Of a stretch of DNA of 64,000 nucleotides, positions 46,110 through 62,812 are shown one piece after another. The position numbers and the translations under genes were made by a program. Origin of the DNA: Dictyostelium discoideum (Eukaryota); contig CM000154.2 of assembly GCA_000004695.1 (NCBI GenBank), forward strand, positions 2,240,001 through 2,304,000, read 5' to 3'. Each line of letters begins with the position of its first letter. Positions within the stretch are counted from its first letter, which is position 1. The notes beneath the pieces are model-generated. The model had not been told where the DNA came from, searched no databases, and saw only the letters and a list, made by a program, of their open reading frames with translations.

Positions 46110-47552
46110 ATGAATTATAATTTCAAAAAAAAAGGTATAATATAACTTATAATTCTTTTTATAAATTTTTTTTTTTTTTTTTTTTTTTTAAAAAATCCAA
46201 GTTTTTTTTTTAAAAAAATAATAAATACTAATTATTATCATTTTTTATTTGTTTTTGTTATTTGTTATTATTATTTTATTTTTTTATTAGATTTAAAAGA
46301 TTGGTCAATTGAAGACACAAAAGAATGGATCAATGAATTTAAAAAAAGAGGACCAAATTTAGAGAATGTGGATTTTTCAAGATTTGAATGGGATGGTGAA
46401 CAATTATCATTATTTTCAATGTCAGATTTTCAAAGAATGTCACCTTATGGAGTTGCACTATACAGAAATTTATATTCACAACCTAAAATATTTCAAACAT
46501 TAAAAAAAAACAAAAGTATATCAAGTAGTGGTGGTGGAGGTGGTAGTAGTGGAGGTGGTAGTTATTTAAATAGTATTAATATTGGTAATATTGATTTAAA
46601 TGATGATTTAATTGAAAATGAAATTATTAACAGGACAGTTTTAATTAGAGTTGGTACAATTCATACATTTATTACATTTGGTGCTGGTTGTAGAATTGGT
46701 AAAAACTTAATATTGGTTTCAAAACATGTTGTTCATCATTCAACTTTTCCTCAAGATAAAATCATTTTCAATGTTGGTATTGTAATACCATCAAAATGGG
46801 TAACTGCAAAATTAATAGATCTAAGTCCAGATGATCAAACTGATTTAGCTTTATTAGAAATTATTGATTATGATTCAATTCATCATTTAAATTCTAATAA
46901 TAATAGTATTAGTAGTAGTGGTAGTATTAATAGTAAAGAATCAATAAAAAGTAGTGGTGGTGGTAGTGAATATGATAACAAATATAAAAATCAAAAACAA
47001 CAACATGATGAAAAAGATAATGAAGCAAGTGGTAGTAGTAACAATAATGATGATGAAAATTTAAATAAAAACCATATTGTAAATAGTAGTGAATTTACAT
47101 CACCATCATTTGATTATCATCATTTAGATGAATTAGAAAAGGAAAGAGAGAAACAAGATTATGAAATCATTTGTAATATTGAACCAATTAAATTCATTGG
47201 CCAAAATGAAGGATTATTGGGTAAAGATATTATTTTATGTGGTTTTCCAAAGGAACGTATTGATTTATCACTATGTCAAGAATTAAAGATAAAGGTTGAT
47301 ACAGTTTATCCATCCATTGAAAAGGGAACAGTATCATTTTCTGATGATAAACGTTTAGAATGTAACTCTGTACCAGAACCAGGTTACTCTGAATCCTCAT
47401 TAATCTTTTCAAAGTCTGATGCAAAATTTATTGGTTTGGTAAAGTCACAATATATGACTAATCCAAATAAATATTATTGTATACCAACTTCAACAATTTT
47501 AACTTGGATTAGTCAAGTTTCAAAAAAGAATTCAATCAATATTTCTTTTTAA
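46110..47552 (+). CDS. SAM-domain protein with a C-terminal trypsin-like (chymotrypsin-fold) serine-protease-like domain; 2 exons: 46110..46134 and 46291..47552; ~428 aa
   Basis: Exon 1 ATGAATTATAATTTCAAAAAAAAAG|GTATAA (phase 1) joins ttattag|ATTTAAAAGATTGG to give MNYNFKKKDLKDWSIEDTKEWINEFKKRGPNLENVDFSRFEWDGEQLSLFSMSDFQRMSPYGVALYRNL, which is a SAM-like segment. Downstream, RVGTIHTFITFGAGCRIGKNLILVSKHVVHH (His), DLALLEIID (Asp) and PEPGYSESSLIF (Ser-like GxSxS) resemble the Trypsin_2/DegP arrangement. The domain assignment is by motif only. Confidence 0.55.
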
Positions 47553-47918
47553 GAAAATAATAAAAAAAATAAAGACATTGTGAAAAAAAAAAAAAAAAAA
47601 CACACAACATTTTATTTTTTTATTTTTCAAAGATTTAATTTATTTTTAATATGGACAGAATATCTTTTTTTTTAAAACTAAAAAAAAAAAAAAAAAACAG
47701 AATGGTTACATTCATTTTTGCGTGTTTTTTGAGTGTTCTGTTTTATAAATTTAATCAATATTGAAAATAAATAAATTAAATCATTTTTAAAAAAAAATAA
47801 AAATTAAAAAAAATGAAAAAATTTGAAAGATTTTTTAATCTTTTTTTTTCATTTTTTTTTTTTTACTTTTTACTTTTTTTTTTAATCACTGCCCATAATT
47901 GCAAAATTACAACGTTTT

Positions 47919-47951
<33 letters not shown>

Positions 47952-47956
47952 AAAAA

Positions 47957-50485
47957 ATGGACTATGACTATGATAGTTCAGACTTACAGTATGATGATCA
48001 TAAACAAAATAGTAACTCTAAACTTGATACAAGTTTTAGATTGTTTAGGACAGGTACAATGTCATTATTTAACAATGTGGTAATAGTTGATTTCACATAT
48101 ACACCAACATCAATTTACTCTTGTCAATATACAATCATAGATTTAAATTATAAAGTTTTAGAAACTCAAAATATTTTATTCTCAAAAAGTACAAATGAAC
48201 CATTCAATGATAAAATGGATCAAATTAATAAAATGGTAAGATTCTCTTTCTCAATACCACACACACTCACACATTATTTTTACACAGTTTTTTTTACTAA
48301 TTTTATTTATAAATTTTTTTTTAAAAAAAAATAGATTTGTGATTCAATTGACAAATTAAGTGGAAGGGTTTTAGTACTTTCACCACAATCTGTTAATATC
48401 CCTTTATTAAATTTACCAATGTCAGTTCGTATATTTGATTTTCAACAAATTGCAAAAAAAAAGAAAATACCATTAAAATCATTTGATCAATTTAAAGATT
48501 GTAAATATACACCATATAAATGTTTTTTTTTTTTTTTTTTAAAAAAATTACTAATAATTTCTCTTATTATTATTATTTATTATTATTATTTATAAGATTA
48601 TAAAAATAAAAAACTTAATGTTGATTTTAAATTTACAATTTTATCATTATTTGTGGATCTTACAAAAAATTTTATTAAAAGTGATTTTAAGTTTCCATCC
48701 TTTAAACCAATTTTAATCGATATTAAAAGGGAAGGGTCCCTTGAAGGGTTCTTTGGACACTACATTTTTACAAATATTGAAATACCAATTGCAATAAAGA
48801 ATTTAATCAACGGATATAGAGATCATCTTAGAGAGAATAAATTACTATTAACACAACCAGAACTAGAAATAATAGACCAACAACAAGAAGAACATCAACA
48901 ACTACAACAACAATTACAACAACAACAACAACAATTACAACAACCACAACAAAAATCAGAAGTACAACAAAAATCTATTGTTGAAAATGAAGAAAATCCA
49001 CCAAGTGAAATGGAATCATCAATATCAGCTCCTCCACCTAGAAGAATTACACCAAATGAACTTTTAGATAAAAAAAAAAGAATTTTATTCTTAAAAAATT
49101 TAAAAAAATCACTTTTATTGAAAAAGCATCAACTTAATCACATCTCAAACCCTGATGCTGAAAATGATTTTAGTGAAATTGGTGAAACTACCCCAAAGAA
49201 AATAAAAGTATTAAATCTTGAAAAAGATAACAATAATAATAATAATAACGATAAAGATAATATATATTTAGAAAAGGATGATTCGCCAACTAAAGAAAAT
49301 AATAGTAACATTGCCACTACCACCAACACCAATCCCAATACCAACACCAACACCAATATCAACACCACCACTGCCAATAATAATGAAATAGCAAATACCG
49401 ACAATAATGTAAATAATGTTAATCAAGTAACTGATCAAGGTGATATCAAATACCATCACCAAGAATTAATTAGACAATTAACTAAACTAATTAGATTTGA
49501 ACAAAAATCTTTAAAAACTGATAGCAATAATAATAATGATAATAATGATAACATTGATGATAATAACAATAATATTAATAAAATCAGCCCAACTCCCCTC
49601 AGTACTTCCATCAATGATATTAATAATAAAAACAATACTACTAATATTACTAGCTCAATTCCACCCAATAGTACTAATAATAATAATAATAATAATATGA
49701 ACACAATTCCACTTGGCACTACCAATAATGATAATATTATCACAATTCCTCTCGATACTACCAATAATAATAATAATAATAATAATAATTTAAATCAAAT
49801 TAACCAAAATGAATTTAATCATAATATTTTATTACAAGTTCAAACCATTTTAGATAAAACCATTTTAAATCAACAATACTTTTTAAATGAAATTAATAAC
49901 TTATCTAAAAGGTTTGATAATATGCAAATTCAATTCGACTCAATATATAGCAAAATAAAATCAAATAATAATAATAATAGTATTGTTAATAATGGTAATA
50001 ATAATAATAATGGTAATAATAATAACTCAATAATTGATATTCAGAAAAAACAAAAAGAATTATTAGAAAAACAAAATAGAATTTTAGTTTTAAAGAATGA
50101 ATTACAAAAATTAGAATCTCAACAAGAACAAGTTAAACTTGAAAATGATAAAGATAAAATTAGAGATTCAAAAGAGAGATATAAATTCACAGGAAATAAA
50201 TATCCAAAAAAAATTAGTAATAATAATAGTAGCAGTAGTAGTAGTAGTAGTAGTAGTAGTAATAACATTATTAATAATAATAACCATCAAATTGATCCAT
50301 ACAATACCTATCAACAAAAACAAAAAACATCATTACAAAGAAGACCACCATTCAATAAACCAAATACCTCAAATGTCTTTATTAAAACTAAATTTAGACC
50401 AATAAATCATAGTGTTAGTGCTTTACCTCAAAAAAATACAATCATGTCTAGTTTCAGAAACTTTTTGAAATCTTTTAAAAAATAA
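47957..50485 (+). CDS. Hypothetical Gln/Asn-rich protein with a C-terminal coiled coil; multi-exon, structure only partly resolved. Exon 1 47957..48235; exon 2 from 48335 (end unclear, ~48500); last exon through 50485
   Basis: ATG at 47957 ([18 protein letters not shown]...[54 protein letters not shown]|GTAAGA). The acceptor aaaaatag|ATTTGTGAT opens [62 protein letters not shown], which then runs into a T18 tract and a stop. The large track ORF 48653..50485 starts at GTG and must be entered by splicing (...[33 protein letters not shown]...). I found no exon2-exon3 junction consistent in phase and signal. Confidence 0.4.
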
Positions 50486-50854
50486 TAAAAATAAAAATAA
50501 AAATAAAAACTAGAAAAAATAATAATAAAAATAAAAAAATAAAAAAATAAAAAAATAAAAAAATAAAAAAAATAAAAAAATAAAATAAATATAATAATAA
50601 AAATAGTTTTTTTAATTTTAATTATAAAAATAATAATAAAAAATTTTATTAATCAATTTTAGAATAATAATTTCCATTTTAATTATTATTATTATTATAA
50701 AATAATTAATTAATAATTAATATTGCAAAACATTTAATTCCCCCACTACTTATATAAATATTTACACACTGCTTTTATTAATTGGCTATAAGTGATCAAA
50801 AAAAAAAATAATAATAATTAAAAATTGTTTAGAATAATATTGGATAATGGAAAG

Positions 50855-50886
<32 letters not shown>

Positions 50887-51493
50887 AAAAAAATCTAAAA
50901 ATTAAAAATAAAAAAGTAAAAAGTCTATACTACAAATAATAATAATAGTAGTAGTGGTACTATTACAGTGGAAAGAAAGAGTAAAAAGATTTCTTTTTTT
51001 TATTTATTTTTTAAATTTTTATTTTTATTTATTTAATTTTTATATATCATAATCATCACTATTACCCCCATTTTTTAATTTTTTTTTTTTAATTTTAATT
51101 TTAATTTTAAAATTATTTTTATTTTTATTTCTATTTTTAAATAACACCCAAAACAATTTTTTTTTTTTTTTTTTTTTTTTTGGGATTTTTTTTTTTAAAG
51201 TCTCAATTATAATTATTCAACAAAAATAGATAAAAAACATTTAAATAAAAAAAAAAAAAAAAAAAAACCAAATTAAAAAATTAAAAAATTAAAAATTAAA
51301 AATAATAACCTATTATTTTTAATAAAAGATTGTCTTTTTTTTTTTTTTTTTTATTTAAATAATTTTTTTTTTTTTTTTTTTATTTGTTTAAGTTGCAATT
51401 TTTCTCATGTTGTCATATTCTTTCTATAATAATAATAAAATAAAAAATTAAAAAATTAAAAAATAAATTTAATAAATAATATTAAATAAAATA

Positions 51494-57048
<5,555 letters not shown>

Positions 57049-57385
57049 ACCATTTTTTAAAAAAAAAAAAAAATGAACGTCATTATTTGTTAAAATATCC
57101 AAATAAATTATAAAGTAATACTTTACTTTTTTTTTTTTTTTTTATTTTATCTTTTTTTTTTTTTTTTGTTTTTATTTATTTATAGTTTTACAATTATTAT
57201 TATCATTATTAGTTTTTTTTTTTTTTTATTTCTTTTTTTTTTTTATAATATATTACATAAAATTTGTTTGGAAAAAAAAAAAAAAAAAAAAACACTATAT
57301 GTGTTTTTTTAAATTTTTAGATTAATAATACATTATAAAAATTTAAATTAAAAATTATTTGTAATAAATTTTAAGAATTTAAAAA

Positions 57386-57997
57386 TTATATTGAAAATTC
57401 CAATTGATTTTGGTCAATGTTTTTAATGAAAACATGATAATGTGAAATTTCTTTTATACTTTGTAAATGAAAAGGATTGATAAAGAATAAGAAACCGTTA
57501 TCGTCATTGCTGAATTCTCTATTTGTAAGTTTTGAAATGAGTTGTTTTGCATCCTCATGATCAAGAGGTTTTAAACACCATAATACCCAATGTGAGATTG
57601 ATTTATCGCAACTGTATGGGAAATCGTTTGGTCTAAAAACTAATTTTTGTTCTAAATTCTCTGGTCTAATAGTTATTAATCTATTGAGTTCAATACCTTG
57701 TTCGTCTGTATAGCTTATAGTTTGTGTTGGAAATTTAAAAACTTTGAAATCAATATAATCTTTAATAGTTTTAAATTGTTGTTTTACAACCTTTAAATGT
57801 TTCTCCATCTCTGCTTGATCCTTTAATTTTCTACCCAATATTTCTAATCTATCACCTTGTATAATTTCTTTTAAATCTCTCCAATTCCTTTCACAATAAT
57901 CAAATTGTTGTTGTACTTTTATTTCTACATTTTCATTGTTACTATTGTTGACACAACAATTTTCGTTGTTTTCTTCAACTTGATTATTGTCTAACAT
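57386..57997 (-). CDS. Conserved hypothetical protein (203 aa), no confident family assignment
   Basis: ATG at 57995-57997 with an in-frame stop upstream. Non-low-complexity C-terminal half (..RPNDFPYSCDKSISHWVLWCLKPLDHEDAKQLISKL..FLFFINPFHLQSIKEISHYHVF..) with ordinary codon usage. Confidence 0.55.
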   Translation of the reverse strand: MLDNNQVEENNENCCVNNSNNENVEIKVQQQFDYCERNWRDLKEIIQGDRLEILGRKLKDQAEMEKHLKVVKQQFKTIKDYIDFKVFKFPTQTISYTDEQGIELNRLITIRPENLEQKLVFRPNDFPYSCDKSISHWVLWCLKPLDHEDAKQLISKLTNREFSNDDNGFLFFINPFHLQSIKEISHYHVFIKNIDQNQLEFSI

Positions 57998-58122
57998 TTT
58001 CGATGTTTTATTATCTTGGTTTTCTCTGAGATATTATTTAAACATTTTATATTAGAAAAAAAAAATAAAAATAAAAATAAAAAAATAAAAAAAATAAAAA
58101 AAAAAAAATAAAATAAATAAAA

Positions 58123-58154
<32 letters not shown>

Positions 58155-58635
58155 TAATATGTAATGACAAAAAAGAATTAAAAAAAAAAAGGGGAGAAAA
58201 AATACACCACTTTTTTTTAATTTTTATTTTTATTTTTATTTTTATTTTTTTTTTTATTCTACGAATAATATTTTATAATTAAAATAATATCACTTACAAA
58301 ACATCTATCATTTTATAATTTTATATCTTTTTTTATTGGGTCGATAAAAAGGATGCAATTGAATAGAAAAAAAAAAAAAAATCAATTTAAATTTAATATT
58401 AAAGGAAAAAAATAAATTAAAATAAAAAATAAAAATAAAAAAAACAAAAAAAAAAAAAACTAAATATTAACAAAAAGAGGTAATTGCCCACCTAAAGTTT
58501 GGTTGAATTATTTCTTTTACAATTTTTTTTTCGAGCATTGTTTGTTTTAAAAAAAGTCAGTGGAATAGGTTGATAAAAAAGTGCTTATTTTTCATAAAAA
58601 AAGATATTTTTTTCCTCCTTAAAACGTTTTGCTCG

Positions 58636-58677
<42 letters not shown>

Positions 58678-59491
58678 TTTTTTGTTTTTTTGAAATAAAA
58701 AATACATAATATCTATTTTGATATTTCTAAAAACCCTTCCCCAAGTGGGAATGGAACAAATAAATGCTTGACAAGAAATAAAATTAAAAAAAAATATAAG
58801 ATTAATTTTTTCTTTATTTTTAATTAATTCTTTACCATTTTTTTTTTTTTTTTTTTTTTTTTAAAAATCATTATAATTAATTTGATTAAAAAAAAAAAAA
58901 TAAAAAAAAAATAAATAAATATTGTCTAACCAAAAATAGAGTAGAACGAGGTTGGATTTTTTTTATAATCAATCAAAAAAAAATGAAAATAATGATATTT
59001 TGGGAAAAATGAAAATAATATTTTGAAAAAGTGATTGCATTTTTTTGTGTTTTGGTCAATTCTTTTTTTTTTCCACCTTTTTTTCACCTTTTTTTTCATT
59101 TTTTTTTTTAAAAAATAAAAAAATATTTAAAATTTTGCATATAATAATTTTATCAATAATAATTATTTCTCATATTAATATTTATTTATTTGTTACTAAA
59201 TTAGTAATAATAAATTTATTTTAATATGTAGATATTTTTTAAAGTTATTTTAATTGGTACTTTCTAAATATAGAAATATTCTAAAAATAACAAAATTAAT
59301 AATAAAAATAATAAATAACAATTTAAAACAAATACATTCTTAAATTTTGACAAATTTCCTAAAATAATATTTTCCAGAAATTTGAAATATTCTTTGGAAA
59401 TATATTTTTTTTTTTTATTTTTTTTTTTTTTTTTTATATATATATGTTAAAAGAATAAAATTTTTTTTTAAAAAAAAACAATTATTTTATT

Positions 59492-62095
59492 TTATTGACT
59501 TGTAATTTTTAATTCATCTTTTGATTTATCAGCAGAAATTGTAACAACTTGATGATCTTTAATTTTACCTTCAAGTATTTGTTTTGCCATTGGATTTAAT
59601 AGAGTTTTTTGAATAACACGTTTTAATGGACGAGCACCATAGATTGGATCATAACCTTGATCGGCCAACCAATCGAGACCATCTTCTTTAACATTGAGAG
59701 CTATATGTTTTTCAGTGAGTAATTTTCTGAGATCATCTAATTGAATTTCAACGATTTTATCCATATCTTTACGAGATAAACGATTGAAAAGGATCATATC
59801 ATCGATTCTATTTAAAAATTCTGGTGGGAAACGTGAACGAACTACACCCATTACCTCTTCTCTAGCTGTTGCTGAAGGTGTATTATCAGGTAAATTTGCT
59901 AAAATTTCTGCACCCAAATTACTTGTTAGGATTACCATTGTATTTCTGAAATCTATTTTCCTACCTTGACTATCTGTGATATGACCATCATCCAAAATTT
60001 GTAAGAGTAAATTGCTAACTTCTTTATGTGCTTTTTCAAACTCATCAAATAGAACCAAAGAGTAAGGACGTCTACGTACAGCTTCAGTTAATGTACCACC
60101 CTCTTCATAGCCAACATAACCTGGTGGAGCACCAATTAATCTACTTACAGAGAATTTCTCCATGTATTCAGACATATCTATACGAATCAAAGCATTTGGA
60201 CTATCAAACATGAATTCTGCCAAAGTTCTACAAAGTTGAGTTTTACCAACACCAGTTGGACCCAAGAATAAGAAGGAGCCCAATGGACGACTATGACTAT
60301 GGAGTCCAGCACGACTAATTCTAACGGCATTACTTACGGCAGTGACAGCCTCTGGTTGACCAATTACTTGTGAACCTAATTCATCCTCCATCTTAAGTAG
60401 TTTCTCCTTTTCACCCATGAGCATACTATGAACTGGAATACCGGTGGCTTTCGAAATTACCAAAGCAACATCTTTTGCAGTGACAGCATCACTCACCATT
60501 GAAATATCACTCGATTGTTCTTCACCCTCTTTTGGAATTTGTTTCTCCAATTGTGGTATAATACTATATGCCAACTCACCAGCTCTTGCCAAATCACCTT
60601 TTCTTTGAGCTTGTTGAAGTTCAATCTTTGCTCTATCCAATTTTTCAACTGCAGTTTTTCTAATGGAAAGTTGTTCTTTCTCCTTCTTCCAAACTTCAGT
60701 GAGTTTATTATATTGTTTATCTTTTTCTTTCAATTCCTTCTCTAACTTTTCACGACGTTCCTTTGAGACTTGATCTTTCTCCTTTTTCAATGCTTCCAAT
60801 TCAATCTTTGATACGATAATTTGACGATTTAAATTTTCAATCTCCTCTGGGAGTGATTCTTGTTGGAGACGTAAACGACTTGCAGCCTCATCGATTAAAT
60901 CGATTGCTTTATCTGGTAAGAAACGATCGGTGATATAACGTTGTGAATTTACAACAGCAGCCACCAATGCACTATCAGTTATACGAACACCATGATGAAC
61001 TTCATAACGCTCTTTTAAGCCACGAAGAATTGCGATGGAGTCCTCAACCGATGGCTCTTGAACTAAAACACTTTGAAATCTTCTTGCAAGTGCAGGATCC
61101 TTCTCAATGTATTTTCTGTATTCTGCAGTGGTAGTTGCACCAACACAATGTAAATCACCTCTTGCCAATTGTGGCTTCAACATATTCGATGCATCCATAC
61201 CACCCTCTACTGCACCCGCACCAACCAATGTATGAAGTTCATCAATGAATAATATTACTTCACCTTTAAAATGTGCGACATCCTTTAGAATCGATTTCAT
61301 TCTCTCCTCGAAATCACCTCTAAACTTTGCACCAGCCACAATCGATGCTAAATCCAATGTCAATACACGTTTATTCTTTATACTATCTGGTACATCACCA
61401 TTTATAATTCTTTGTGCTAAACCTTCAACAATTGCAGTTTTACCAACACCTGGTTCACCAATCAACACTGGATTGTTTTTAGTTCTTCTACTTAATACTT
61501 GAATTGTACGACGAATTTCTTCATCTCTACCAATTACTGGGTCTAATTTACCACTCTTTGCTATCTCTGTTAAATCTTTAGTATACTTTTTTAATGCTTC
61601 TCCTGGTGGAACATTATCAGGTGATACCCATGGTTCTAAATAATTAAAAATAAAAAAAAGGTGTTAAAAAAAGGAACCTTTTACCAATTATTTATATATA
61701 TATATGATTATTAAATAAATTTATTATTTACCTTGTGGTGGTGGTTGTTGACCTCCTCCATTGCCTCCTACATTAATTTATAAAAAAAAAAAAAATTTTA
61801 AAGAAAATATTTAAGTAAAATATTCAAAAAATTTATAAATTCTTCAATTATAATCATAAGATTATTATTTAATATTTATTTATTTACCTTGAAAATTTCT
61901 AATTTGTTGATAAAATAATGATGATGATGGTGATGAATTTGAAAACAATGAACTATTTGTTAAATTATTATTTTTATTATTGTTGATTAAAATTTTATTT
62001 ATATTATTAGTTGTTGAAATAAAATATCTTTTATTTGAACTCTTAATAATATTTGAAATAGGATTAGTTTTAATAATATTTGATAATCTATTCAT
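59492..62095 (-). CDS. clpB: Mitochondrial ClpB/Hsp78-type AAA+ disaggregase lacking the ClpB N-domain; 3 exons: 61888..62095, 61732..61767 (36-nt micro-exon), 59492..61635; ~786 aa
   Basis: Exon 1 [29 protein letters not shown]...[10 protein letters not shown](G) is presequence-like and ends G|GTAAAT. Exon 2 is GA GGC AAT GGA GGA GGT CAA CAA CCA CCA CCA CAA G ([11 protein letters not shown]), bounded by aatgtag and GTAAAT. Exon 3 enters at tatttag|AACCATGG: [77 protein letters not shown]..., almost identical to E. coli ClpB NBD1. The coiled-coil M-domain and NBD2 ([12 protein letters not shown]...GARPLKR) follow. The track ORF 59492..61468 starts at an internal GTG. Confidence 0.8.
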
Positions 62096-62518
62096 GTTTT
62101 TTTTTGTTATGTATATTAATTAATTTCTTTTTTTTTTTTTTTTTTTTTTTTTTTGTATCAAATGTACAAAGAATTAATAATGTCTTAGAAAATTAAAAAA
62201 ATAAATTGAAAAAAAAAATAATAAAATAATAAAATTCAATTATAATTTGTTTGGAGTTTTTTTTTTTTTTTTTATGGAATAATTTAATTATTATCTTTGA
62301 AATTTTGTGTGTAATAAACTACAAATAATCTAAAATAGCAATGTTGCTGTGTGTATGTGAAAATGTAAAATAAAAAAAAAAAGGGTGAACATGCCACTAT
62401 TTAATTTAAAAAATTTTTTATTTTTTTATTTTTTTTATTTTTTTATTTTTATTTTTCGTCTAAATTGCGTTTAAAAAAAAATGAAAAATAATTGCAATTT
62501 AATTTAAAATTCATAGCC

Positions 62519-62558
<40 letters not shown>

Positions 62559-62812
62559 ATTTTTAAAAGGGATTGGGTGGGTTTAATTTAATAATTTTTT
62601 TGGTTTTTTTAATTTCCATTTTGAAGGAGGTTTTTAATTTTTTTTAGTGAAATGAGTTTGAAAAAAAAAAAAAAAAAAAAAAAAAAACTATTTTTGGAAG
62701 TGATTGCTTTTGTTTTTTATTTCACTTTTTTTTTTTTTTTTTTTTTTTTTTAGTGTTTGGTTGGGTTTCTTAATTTCTTTTAGTGCATTGAGTTTTTTTT
62801 TAAAAAAAAATC

